Of a DNA stretch of 64,000 nt, positions 25,901 to 34,356 are shown piece by piece. Location of the stretch: assembly GCA_013239625.1 (NCBI GenBank), contig MU054220.1:1789509-1853508 (forward strand), in the 5' to 3' direction. This DNA comes from Lama guanicoe (Eukaryota). Every line of letters begins with the position of its first letter. Position 1 is the first letter of the stretch. The notes below the pieces were generated by a model. It worked only from the letters and a program-made list of their open reading frames with translations. It made no database searches and was not told the DNA's origin. Made by a program: the position numbers and the translations under genes.

Positions 25901-28900
25901 ACAGTCCTGCAACGGTATCTGCCCTACTGCTCTCAGAAGATGGAGGGAAGCTCTTAACTCTAGCAAAATGAAATCTTATGATTCTTTGAGTTCTAACCAA
26001 GGACCTATTGAGCCAATAAAGTAAAAGCAGCATTTTTTAAAAGTTGTTTCAATGAGTCTCACAACAGAAGTCACCCACAAACTCGGGACCTTCCTAGGAG
26101 TAACCTAGAGAAACAGAACAGAATCCAGCGCTACAATGCCTTGGCCAAGAGCCTCACCCTGTTGCTGTCCAGATCCACTAGCCATACGTCATCAGGCATT
26201 TTGAAGTCCAATTTATAGAGGAAGAAGCTGGCAGGGACCCCGATGATGTACGGTGTTGGAGCCAACAGCAGCTGTGGCAGATAAGAAACAAAACTGAAAC
26301 CTATTGTGATCACTTATTATTGAATTAGGGTTTTTCTAGATAAAGAAATGCACGTCCACAATTTTTTCCAAAATCCTTAAAGGTAGATGTGTTTCAAAGT
26401 TCAGAATTTTTCAGATTTTAGAAAGGTAACAGTGTATATTCTACATATTATGTAGCACCTGCAGTGGTGTAGCTAGTAGCCTATAATCATTAATGTTAAC
26501 TGTGATAAATAAAAAACATAAATAGCACAGGTTTTGCACCAGATCAGTTTGAGTTAGGTCAGATTCTGCAGACAAATAGATTATAATACGGAATTCAGGA
26601 CCAGTACTGATTTACAACCTTTTCTGGGCATTGAGCCTTTTCCCTCAGAGCTGGACAGAGTTGGAAAAGAGGTGACAAAGCCAGAGGACACCTTGAGATT
26701 CACCTGTTCTGCAGATGCCATGCAGGTGGGCAGCAGCGGGATAACAGGAAACATATACTCCAAGGGATAGATCATTGCCACAAATGCCATCACGGACATG
26801 GAGAGTGCGTTGTAGTCTCGGGACTGTAGCACCACCTGCCAAACCATAAGGATCACACAACAGTACAGGTAAGATTTATGAGAAAACAGCTTCCAACACC
26901 ACAATTTAATTTCTATTTCACCATGCCCATGGCCCGGGGAGCTTAGTTTCTACAGTTATCACTGCCCTGAGCCCCACCCTGCCTGCCACTTCCCAATGCA
27001 AGCACTGTGATAATCCTCCCTTGAATCACCCTTTCACCTTCCTAGTTCTTGTACCCCCAAATCCCAGGGTCACTTACGGGACCAGAACTACTGCAGTGTC
27101 CAGAGAACTAGGTTGGTGTAGTTAAGGATAATTCAACTGAGTGTCAAGCCCTCTGAATATACCCTACATGATATCAATACCTTAATTCAACCCACACCTG
27201 CTGAGAAGCTGTTGTCTACCTGTTATCTCCTGGAGACAAACAATGAAAAAGATGTAGTCCCTATCCTCAAAGAGCTCATGATCTAGCCTCTGCCATGCTT
27301 CAAAGCCCCTTCCCTAGAACAGTCTGGAAAGCTGGTCTCTCACCTTGTGCTCTAATAGGATGCAGGTTAGCACCTGAAGGCAGGCATCCACACCCAGAAG
27401 TTCCAAGGGAAGGTGCAGTGGGAAATCTACCAGGGTGAATCGAGAGGGGTCTGGAAGAGCAAAGGTCAGAGCTTGCTGGAGCTCCTGGGGTAGGACCTCA
27501 ATGTCCACTCGCTTCTGCCCGGAGACGGGTACTGGGGAGCGCAGCAATCGATAAATCCAGGCCTCAATCTCTCGAAGGTCATGCAGAAGGGCACTTGACT
27601 TCTCTTCTACTAACAATGATCCGGTAAAGATGCGCCACATGGTGTCCCTGAGGAGCAGACAGCAGGAAACAGACACGTAAGCACCAGGAGCTGAAACCCA
27701 ACTGCAACTGGAAAAGCCCACCCTTTGGGCTGAGAGAGGACCACACAGTATACACAAGGGTAAGAACAAGTGCAAAAATACATGTAGAGCAAGACTTAAT
27801 GTCCTGCCCATCATGAAACATCAAATTCCTCAGCATCACTGCACACAATGATGGGAAGACGTCTAAACACAGTAGTCTTGGCTTGCAAGGACTAACATGA
27901 TATGCTTAAGTAGGTGTAAAGGACCTCAGGCTTTAGAGGAAATTTCCTACCCACCTCACAAGCCAATTATACCTCAACTCTAAAGGCCTCCCCTCTCTTC
28001 TGAGCATCAGCAGCAAACCGTACCTTTGTATGCCTCGAGGGATACCTAGTTTCTTGCCCAGCAGCCGCTCACTACAGCAGTCCACCAGGCGTTTGAGGGT
28101 GTACAGACACTCTCGGAAGGTGGAGAAGAAGGGGTAGTGGCTGAGCACACACAGCGATGTCAGAGTGCTGTTGCGGGAGCGGCTCCCTGCCTTGGCCCGG
28201 TGTTTGCCCCGAGGAGACTGGCTCACGTCCGAGGTGGAGTCAGCACTGGGAGGCTGCAGGGACGAGCCACTCTCTGAGTTCTCAGTGCCAGCCTCTTCTG
28301 AGACGCAGGTGGCACGGGGTCCTTGCTTCCCACGGGACCCTGCCCCAGCCTCCCCCTTTTCCTTAGGCATGCGTTTCTGGAAGGAGCGGTAGAAGTTAAC
28401 ACAGATGCCATAACGCGTGACTCCAGTGTCCTTGTCGGTGAGAGTGAAGACAAAAGAGGTGTCGTCCCGCAGACTCATGCGCCGCTGCCGCACACTCAGA
28501 CAGCCCTCTGGCTGGCAGAAGAACACGACATCTGGGGGCAGGGGAAACTCAGGGTGATCCTCTAACGGGTACCGCCTTAGCAATTCTGGAGTCTGGGCCA
28601 CACTGTCACTGCTCGGGTGCCTGGAGAACATAAAGACAAATTCAGTAGCCTGAAGGAATAGACCACTCTTCCAAATTTTAACCACAGTCAAGAAATAAAG
28701 TTCAAAATGCTCTTTTGGATAAAGTCATCTAGCTGCAGAAATTGGACAACATGGGAGCTGCTTGCCACATTTAGCTGGTAAGGCTAAATGAGGTGTGCAT
28801 TGCCATGAAGACACCTATCCTAAAATGAAAGGAAAATGGAGACAATAAAATTATCACTAACACCTTAAGATGATTAACACCTTTCAAGGTGTATTAGCTC

Positions 28901-29293
28901 ATGAATTCCCAAAAGAGCATGTGTAGATAGAGAAGGAGCACAATGTACTTTTTCTTTTTATGAAATAAGGAAATTGGGGTATATAGAGTACATTTGCTCA
29001 AAATTACAAAGATGCTAGTTAAGAGCAGAGTTTTGCTGTCTCGGTTCCTCCAGGCCAATACCCTCAATCCACCTGTTTTGTTTTCACTACTGGCAACAAG
29101 GTTTCTATCAGGGTAAAATAAAAGGGGAAGAATGAGATATGCAAAGCAATGTGAAAATGGGGAATGGGGATAATTATGGATTTTATGGCTATCCCAGATG
29201 ACAAGAAAAAAATCAGTCACTTCTTCGTTACCTGGCCCCTACGATCACTAGATAGTCAAGTAACCGAGGACAGAACTTCTTCTTTTGCACCAT
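1878..29293 (-). CDS. MADD: MAP kinase activating death domain protein (MADD/IG20/DENN, Rab3/Rab27 GEF); 3'-partial, 32 coding exons in window
   Basis: Starts [21 protein letters not shown]; uDENN/DENN/dDENN segments ([48 protein letters not shown]) and C-terminal region ([20 protein letters not shown]). All 32 exons are GT-AG bounded and join in frame to 4722 nt (1574 codons); the gene continues past position 1. Confidence 0.98.
2103..2175 (-). CDS. MADD: MADD exon 32 ([24 protein letters not shown])
   Basis: ccacag|TG ... CGG|gtgaga, 73 nt. Confidence 0.95.
2423..2587 (-). CDS. MADD: MADD exon 31 ([11 protein letters not shown]...FYTKK)
   Basis: ccgcag|GT ... AAG|gtacgt, 165 nt. Confidence 0.95.
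3226..3445 (+). mobile_element. MIR SINE
   Basis: GGTTAAGAGCACAGG..CAGACTGCCTGGGTT..TTTCCTCATGTGTAAGATGAGGAT core. Confidence 0.7.
3540..4100. mobile_element. L2 LINE 3' fragment
   Basis: CCTGGATGTC..CTCAAACTCA..TCCAAA pattern ending in AAATATT..GTGAATGAAT. Confidence 0.6.
4725..4813 (-). mobile_element. tRNA-derived SINE (camelid Vic-1-like), short copy
   Basis: Reverse complement of TAGCTCAGTGGTAGAG...AAGGTCCTGGGTTTAGTTCCTAGTACCTCC with an A tail. Confidence 0.8.
5560..6500 (+). mobile_element. Old L1 (L1ME-like) fragments
   Basis: A-rich with AAACTATGGTAC...GGAATACTATACAGCTG motifs. Confidence 0.55.
6690..6797 (-). CDS. MADD: MADD exon 30 ([14 protein letters not shown]...DIFFME)
   Basis: cctcag|AA ... 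GAG|gtaggt, 108 nt; not in the ORF track. Confidence 0.93.
6902..6920 (-). promoter_or_regulatory. Candidate CTCF site
   Basis: TGGCCAGCAGATGGCACTA closely fits the CTCF core CCASYAGRKGGCRS. Confidence 0.55.
6934..8208. mobile_element. hAT-Charlie (Charlie1-like) DNA transposon remnant
   Basis: Starts GTTCTCAATCTTCTTGGTCTCAGGACTCCTTTAC; AT-rich body; ends ...GACCACAC...GAAATGGCTG, resembling the recalled Charlie1 consensus. Confidence 0.65.
8428..8538 (-). CDS. MADD: MADD exon 29 ([12 protein letters not shown]...LANL)
   Basis: ttccag|GT ... CTG|gtgagc, 111 nt. Confidence 0.95.
9636..9741 (-). CDS. MADD: MADD exon 28 ([15 protein letters not shown]...LLMK)
   Basis: gctcag|GT ... AAG|gtaata, 106 nt. 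Confidence 0.95.
9844..9964 (-). CDS. MADD: MADD exon 27 ([15 protein letters not shown]...EMIDR)
   Basis: acacag|GC ... CAG|gtatga, 121 nt. Confidence 0.95.
10202..10264 (-). CDS. MADD: MADD exon 26, 63-nt frame-preserving cassette ([20 protein letters not shown])
   Basis: tggcag|GA ... TAA|gtaacc. Confidence 0.9.
10549..10657 (-). CDS. MADD: MADD exon 25 ([13 protein letters not shown]...YEGLL)
   Basis: ttctag|GG ... TAG|gtgaga, 109 nt. Confidence 0.95.
10950..11185 (+). mobile_element. MIR SINE
   Basis: TTTCCTCACCTGTAAAA...GGATTAAATGAGA..ATAAAAGCACTTA core. Confidence 0.7.
12758..12916 (-). CDS. MADD: MADD exon 24 ([14 protein letters not shown]...SAIF)
   Basis: ttccag|GT ... TTT|gtaagc, 159 nt. 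Confidence 0.93.
13247..13330 (-). CDS. MADD: MADD exon 23 ([28 protein letters not shown])
   Basis: tttcag|AG ... GTG|gtaggg, 84 nt; alternative in-frame donors exist. Confidence 0.88.
13881..13981 (-). CDS. MADD: MADD exon 22 ([17 protein letters not shown]...SGSQ)
   Basis: actcag|GG ... CAG|gtttgt, 101 nt. Confidence 0.93.
14959..15012 (-). CDS. MADD: MADD exon 21, 54-nt cassette ([18 protein letters not shown])
   Basis: gggtag|AA ... AGA|gtaagg. Confidence 0.88.
16704..16910 (-). CDS. MADD: MADD exon 20 ([10 protein letters not shown]...ENFVASV)
   Basis: ccccag|AA ... TTG|gtgtgt, 207 nt. Confidence 0.93.
17225..17375 (-). CDS. MADD: MADD exon 19 ([15 protein letters not shown]...HYYSK)
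   Basis: ttgcag|GA ... AAG|gtagga, 151 nt. Confidence 0.95.
17472..17658 (-). CDS. MADD: MADD exon 18 ([16 protein letters not shown]...IIPDV)
   Basis: ccctag|TG ... GTG|gtcagt, 187 nt. Confidence 0.95.
18016..18118 (-). CDS. MADD: MADD exon 17 ([15 protein letters not shown]...SSNS)
   Basis: ctctag|GA ... CAG|gtaata, 103 nt. Confidence 0.93.
18479..18538 (-). CDS. MADD: MADD exon 16, 60-nt cassette ([20 protein letters not shown])
   Basis: tcccag|TA ... AAG|gtgggt. Confidence 0.9.
19839..19940 (-). CDS. MADD: MADD exon 15 ([14 protein letters not shown]...FPSLK)
   Basis: tgacag|GC ... AAG|gtaatt, 102 nt. Confidence 0.95.
20752..20891 (-). CDS. MADD: MADD exon 14 ([15 protein letters not shown]...MSFA)
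   Basis: ttcaag|GG ... CCA|gtaagt, 140 nt. Confidence 0.93.
21142..21395 (-). CDS. MADD: MADD exon 13L ([11 protein letters not shown]...HVNGNR); short form 13S ends at 21271
   Basis: cctcag|GA ... TCG|gtgaga, 254 nt; internal donor GGG|gtcagt 129 nt upstream. Confidence 0.93.
21786..21976 (-). CDS. MADD: MADD exon 12 ([11 protein letters not shown]...HGATS)
   Basis: tgacag|AT ... TCT|gtacgt, 191 nt. Confidence 0.93.
22069..22172 (-). CDS. MADD: MADD exon 11 ([34 protein letters not shown])
   Basis: cttcag|TG ... CTA|gtaagt, 104 nt. Confidence 0.93.
22655..22811 (-). CDS. MADD: MADD exon 10 ([14 protein letters not shown]...DPTDD)
   Basis: gggcag|AC ... CAG|gtcagc, 157 nt. Confidence 0.95.
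23013..23248 (-). CDS. MADD: MADD exon 9 ([12 protein letters not shown]...QRIHN)
   Basis: ccccag|AG ... ACA|gtgagt, 236 nt. Confidence 0.95.
23598..23776 (-). CDS. MADD: MADD exon 8 ([13 protein letters not shown]...VDVAT)
   Basis: ccacag|GC ... CAG|gtacaa, 179 nt. Confidence 0.95.
23970..24320. mobile_element. MER5-like hAT MITE fragments
   Basis: TTTGAAAACCACTG end; GAATCACCTGGGGA..TGTTAAAATGCAGATTC...GGGACCACACTTTGAG. Confidence 0.65.
24386..24512 (+). mobile_element. tRNA-derived SINE (Vic-1-like) with 16-bp TSD
   Basis: GGGGGAGGGCATAGCTCAGTG A box, GGTTCAATCCC B box, AATTACCTCCCC tail, poly(A); TSD ttaaagtatgattcca / ttaaagtacaattcta. Confidence 0.85.
25380..25460 (-). CDS. MADD: MADD exon 7 ([27 protein letters not shown])
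   Basis: gtgtag|GT ... CAG|gtaagt, 81 nt. Confidence 0.95.
26158..26271 (-). CDS. MADD: MADD exon 6 ([13 protein letters not shown]...DLDSNR)
   Basis: ccacag|CT ... AGG|gtgagg, 114 nt. Confidence 0.95.
26704..26835 (-). CDS. MADD: MADD exon 5 ([11 protein letters not shown]...MASAEQ)
   Basis: tggcag|GT ... CAG|gtgaat, 132 nt. Confidence 0.95.
27344..27647 (-). CDS. MADD: MADD exon 4 (DTMWRIFTG...ILLEHK)
   Basis: cctcag|GG ... AAG|gtgaga, 304 nt. Confidence 0.95.
28024..28620 (-). CDS. MADD: MADD exon 3 ([14 protein letters not shown]...PRGIQ), uDENN
   Basis: ctccag|GC ... AAG|gtacgg, 597 nt. Confidence 0.96.
29232..29293 (-). CDS. MADD: MADD first coding exon ([20 protein letters not shown]); exon 5' edge probably 29388
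   Basis: ACCATGG Kozak context, CAG|gtaacg donor, acceptor ctattag| at 29389-29390. Confidence 0.93.
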
Positions 29294-30528
29294 GGTTTCG
29301 ATTCATCAGTTCATCTCAGAGAAACTTTAAGGCACCCAGTGCGGAGTCAATGTTCCCAGGAGGAATTCAGGCACCTGAAAATCCAAGTCTAATAGGAAAA
29401 AAGTACTGATAAGATCCACTGCTGTGCCTGAGGGACTCATCCCTCTCAGTTTCATCCCAGCCAAGGACAGGGGTCAGAAGATCTTCCATTTTAGTACTAA
29501 AGATAGGAGAACATGACCCTTTTCCTAGCCCAGAGCTCTGCCCAGGCTTATGAGCTCACAGAGTCAAATGTCAAGAAGTAGGATAAATAATGGCTCACCT
29601 CCCCATCCCCATAACACAAACCAGTTCATTTCCAGCCTCACCCCTGAGGCTGTTTCTGAAAAACAAGCCTAGTCAGTCTATTCTGGACTTAGTTATTATG
29701 ATAACAAAAATTAAGTCATTTTCAGGACTGCTCCAGGGTGGATCAGGATCAAACCAGACTCTCTAATCAGCACTAATCTGCACTCCTAGCTCTAGGTGGA
29801 AACCTAATTATTCTCTGTTCCAATATTCTGCATTCAGCTTGATGTGGAACTATCATATAGACTGTATAGTTAATTGCACTCAGACAATAACAGCAGCTGG
29901 CTACTCTACCCCATGTGATTTCAAATGAAGAATTTCTATGCCCCAAAGGCTTTATCTAAACCATTTTTCTTTCCTCTTCAAGCAAGAAAGGGGCCCAGTG
30001 GCTACTGCTACTAGCTCTGCCCTTGGTGCTGAATCACACTCTGCCCCTATTCTGGTCCCAGGATTTGGAATCAGTAACACAATACACACAGATTAAGCCT
30101 TGTCCTTCTATATCTTTTAGTGATTAGGAACTAAATGCAGAAATAACATTATTTCTGCAAGGACAGGGAGAGGTGCTCAGAGGAATTTCTAAACCATCGT
30201 CCAAAAATTAGGAAAAGCTTACATGGCCTTAACTATAATTTATTTCCTGTTGGGTCTCCATATACTTCTCTAAATAAAGTGTTTCACTTCATGACAAGGA
30301 TACTTTTAGCGCCTCCAGTATTCCACTTTTGTGCTCTACACATGGCCACACTAACACTTTGTTCATTACACACATAGAGAGAATCCCATTACACTACACA
30401 CACTCTCACACACCCTTCCCTTCTTTGCTGCTGTGTGAACTCCCATACATACAACATATGTACACCCTGTATGCTTAAGGCTTTATTTGATTTAGATGAG
30501 TGGAAGTTCTATCTCTTTTCTCCCCTAA

Positions 30529-30530
<2 letters not shown>

Positions 30531-30581
<51 letters not shown>
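30531..30581. repeat. (AAT)17 microsatellite
   Basis: Perfect trinucleotide run. Confidence 0.95.
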
Positions 30582-30587
<6 letters not shown>

Positions 30588-32269
30588 TAAAAGACCAATT
30601 TGCAACACCTCTCAAATCATCAAAATACTTCTCCCTCCTTTCCCTTGCTCCCAATAGAGGACCTGCAGGTAAGAGGATTCAGTTTTGTCTCCATAGCAAC
30701 TCTGGCTCCAGCACTATTTATAGCAGAGCCACCACCCCTCCCCTGCTTGGTGACCGCACAGTGCTAGCAGCTGCTACTCCAGAGTTGGCCAGTGCCCATA
30801 ATAATTCATTCTCATTGAATCTGAAGACACCTCTTCCACTGACAGTACCTACTAGTTATTAGGTTATCTTCTCCTCCATGTGCCTTTAGTTTCACTTTGT
30901 CCTAATTGTGGATTTTGATAGAGATCTCTCCTTTCTACATAACCAAAACCAAGTTCCCAAGCTTGCCATATACTCATTTCTAGACATCCCTACCACCCCT
31001 AAAGCCCTTCGGTTCTCTCCAATGCTTTGCTGTCATGTGCATACTGCAGAATGTGGGACACTGTTACAGGGCAGAGTTCAGCCCCTCCCAAGCAGAATGA
31101 GAAGGGAAGGGAAACACAGAAATGAAATGGGAGATGGGTAAAAGCATAATTCATTCCATAAAGAATTATATTTAAAATTCCTAGTAAGAGCCAAAGTATC
31201 TAAAAATAAAACAACTTATAGGACTAGTGCTCACAGCTAAGGCTTGAAATTTATGTTTACATTGAAAACCAGGAGCCCTCTCCTGCAAAAATCTCAAAGA
31301 TCACACCTGAAGCATCTTCTACTAATATATTAAGCATTAGATGTCTATTCTTGGTGGGATCCCAGCCCCTCTCCCGAAAATCATTAGATAAAACTGAAAT
31401 CATTATCATGCTGTACAGTGCTCATCTCCCTCTAAAGCCACAAGGACCCTGAGATCTTGTGACTATTCTAGCCACTAGTGATAGGATGGATTTTTAGCCT
31501 CAGTTCATATCTCATCAACAGCCACTGCCTTCGGTTATTCAGATTGCAGAGATAACCAAGGCTTTTCTTCCCATTCTCTTCCCTCCTTACAAAGACTCTA
31601 AATCTTCCAACTACCTATAACTCACATTCTGTCTTTATGTCCATCCAGACTCAAGACTCTGCCTCCTGCCTCAACCGTATTTACTAACATGCAGCTCCTC
31701 GTTTCCTAGCTACTATATTCCAAAAGCATCAAGCTCAAAACGCATACCTATCTGCTGAAGTCCTACACAATTATCATCCACTCCATGCAAGTACAGATTT
31801 AGAATCCACAGACCTTTAAGTTATCGATGTCTTTTCAGCTTACAAATGGGCACATTAACCAACCCTTTGGGTTCGTCCGTCGTTTTAGGCAAGATGTCAT
31901 AGTAAAACCACAGGAACCGGAGAGCGATATGACATCTTTGCTGACGTGAGCACAACAGAAGGCTCCCCTCCACCTCCTCCCCAGGCAGTGACCTTGCAAG
32001 CGCTTCAGCAGACTGGTCCAGCTCGGGGAAGAATGAGAGCAAGGAGGCAGGCAATAGGCAGAGTTGAGGTGGGCAGGAAAAGGAGGACGAATTTAGAGAT
32101 GCAAGAGAATGGGGATGGAAGCAGTAACAGGAAAGATTGAACCGCGTCTCCCTCTCCAGCAAGTCAATTTTGAAACACCAAATTAAAAAAAAAATTTTTA
32201 AGAACCAAACATGCTTCTCCAAACCCTAAAACCCCAAAAATGTATCACACACACACACACACACGCACG

Positions 32270-33520
32270 GGCACATGCACGGGCACACGCACACACGCGC
32301 GCCATGTGCTTAGCCCGGCTCGGTCCCCTAGCTGGACAGCTCTGCCCGCCTCCTCACCTGCTGGACAGTTCGCCCCCGCCCCGGAACCAGGGCCGCCCGC
32401 CAGCCCCGCAGGAATCTAGCCCCGCAGCCACGAGCTGCGCCCAGGCTCGCAACCCGCGGCCCGAAAGCCCCCACCTCTAGCCCCACCCCCTTCTTCACGG
32501 ATCCCCCCGCTCTCCCTCTCGAGACTCCCCACACAAACTCCTTTAGGGCCTCCATAGAGGCCCCTTCCCTCTAGAGCCCGTTTCCTCTCAGAGCCTGTTT
32601 CCCCCGAGGAGCCCCGTCCCAAACACTCTTCCAGAACCCTCAGTGGCCCAGACCTTCCTACCTCCCAAGCCTCGGGGAACCTGCCAGGCTCCGCCAGGCG
32701 AACCCCGGCAGCCGAGCGTCAGTCGCTCCCCTGCGCGACCGCGGCTTCGAGAGCGCGCCAGTTCCGCGTCTGCACTGGGGGGCGAGTACCGCTCCGACGC
32801 GGTGAGAGAGAGGGAGGCTGAGGGGGGCCGGGGCCGTACCATTCACCCCCGGGGGTCAGGACTGCACCAAGCCGAGCGCTGAAGGGCGGAGCCGACCGCG
32901 GGAGAAAGGCGGCTACGCACACACCTATCCGTGTGGGAATGGGAAGACGACGGGGCGCGCTGGGCCAGCCCACCGCCTCTACGTGCCAAGGGGAGGACCC
33001 AAAGGAATACTTTTTGTTTAGGTTGTGCAAACAGATTTTAATTCGACACGGTAATACAGCCCATTTCGATGAACTGTGGAGTAACCTGGAAGCGACTTCT
33101 CAAGATAAGCTGCCCCTGAGACCTTCTGGACCTCCCCCTTCACCTCACCTCCCTCCCCCCGCTCGCGCTTTGGAAGTGCCCAGCCGCCAAGGCAGGAAAG
33201 CCGGCGGCCGCGGCGGTGGGGCCTACCAATTCAGGGGCGGCGGGGGGACTTGAGGCCGGAAGGCGCTGCCTCGGAATCACCTACACGGGCGCGCTCCAAG
33301 GAAGGGGGCGTGAGCGGCGCCGTGGTGCCCGCTGGGAAATGGAGTCCAGCCGTTCGGAGAGGCTAAGCCGGAGACAGGGCAGTCCCCCCTTGGCCTCAGG
33401 GGACTTTTCTTCCTGACCCACAGGGCCTGCGGGCCGAGTGGTAGGACTGTTGTACCTTCTTGTTCAGATGTCAACGGGAAAACCAAGACTACGCGGGCAC
33501 GAACACAGGTGCGAGACTGT
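32270..33520 (-). promoter_or_regulatory. MADD: CpG island: MADD promoter and non-coding first exon(s)
   Basis: Dense CpG and GC boxes; candidate minus-strand donors at exon ends 32840 (AATG|gtacgg), 32662 (GAG|gtagga) and 32358 (CAG|gtgagg). Confidence 0.8.
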
Positions 33521-34074
33521 GGCATTAGTTCGGAAAATCCAACACCCACCTCCAACAGGATCGCACCTGGATCATTGAACTGGAAGGGGGCATCTTCGCC
33601 TCAGCATTTCATTGATCCTTATGGAGCAATGGGGCTAGTAAAAGGAGGTCCCTCTCTCACTGCCAAGGCTGTCACTTGTGACTTGTCTCCCTCCTCTGAG
33701 TCTGGAGGCAGATCCTAAAAGACACAGGATTCCCTCCTCTATTCCCGGGCCCCCACCCCCATTCCAGAAATTGGTTTCTCTCATTCTGTATTCATTTTGG
33801 TCTTCCTGTACAAACAGTGCCAGACCTATCAGTGAGGCAGCCTTGAGGCATTTTTGGCCAAGCCGCAGAGTGACAGTGGAGAATTTCTCTTGGGGCCCTG
33901 TGGGGAAAACAGGAAGTGGTAGAGGCAGGATGGGCAGGGCCCTGGAGAACCTTGTGCAAAGTGGCCCCCAGGTTCATCCATTTGGCCGGGTTAGTACAGT
34001 CTTCACAGGGAGCATTGTTTTAGCAGGGTCTCCACTACCCAGCAGCCACAAAACTCCCAACCCTTTGACTCTCC

Positions 34075-34080
34075 TTTAAT
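34075..34080 (-). terminator. NR1H3: NR1H3 polyadenylation signal ATTAAA
   Basis: ATTAAA on minus strand ~130 nt after the stop codon. Confidence 0.65.
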
Positions 34081-34209
34081 GCCACGTGAGGATCTCCTTT
34101 CCCCAGCCCTCAGGAATGTTTGCCCTTCTCAGTCGGCTCCACCTCTAGGAGGTAGCCACTAGTCCTCAGCCATCCAGACCAGAAAACAGAAGATACAGGG
34201 GAAGAACAG

Positions 34210-34356
34210 TCATTCATGCACATCCCAGATCTCAGAGAGGAGTGGGGGAAGCTTTTTGTCCTGCAGGCGCAGTGCAAACACTTGCTCTGAGTGGACGCTG
34301 CTCAGTGTCCGGAGGCTCACTAGTTTCATTAGCATCCGTGGGAACATCAGTCGGTC
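34210..34356 (-). CDS. NR1H3: NR1H3 last coding exon (DRLMFPRM...IWDVHE*)
   Basis: tcccag|GA acceptor, TGA at 34210-34212. Confidence 0.96.
   Translation of the reverse strand, partial: DRLMFPRMLMKLVSLRTLSSVHSEQVFALRLQDKKLPPLLSEIWDVHE

Noticed and set aside
32211..33555. Many overlapping Pro/Arg/Gly-rich ORFs
   Set aside because: Stop-poor CpG-island sequence with no protein-like signal.
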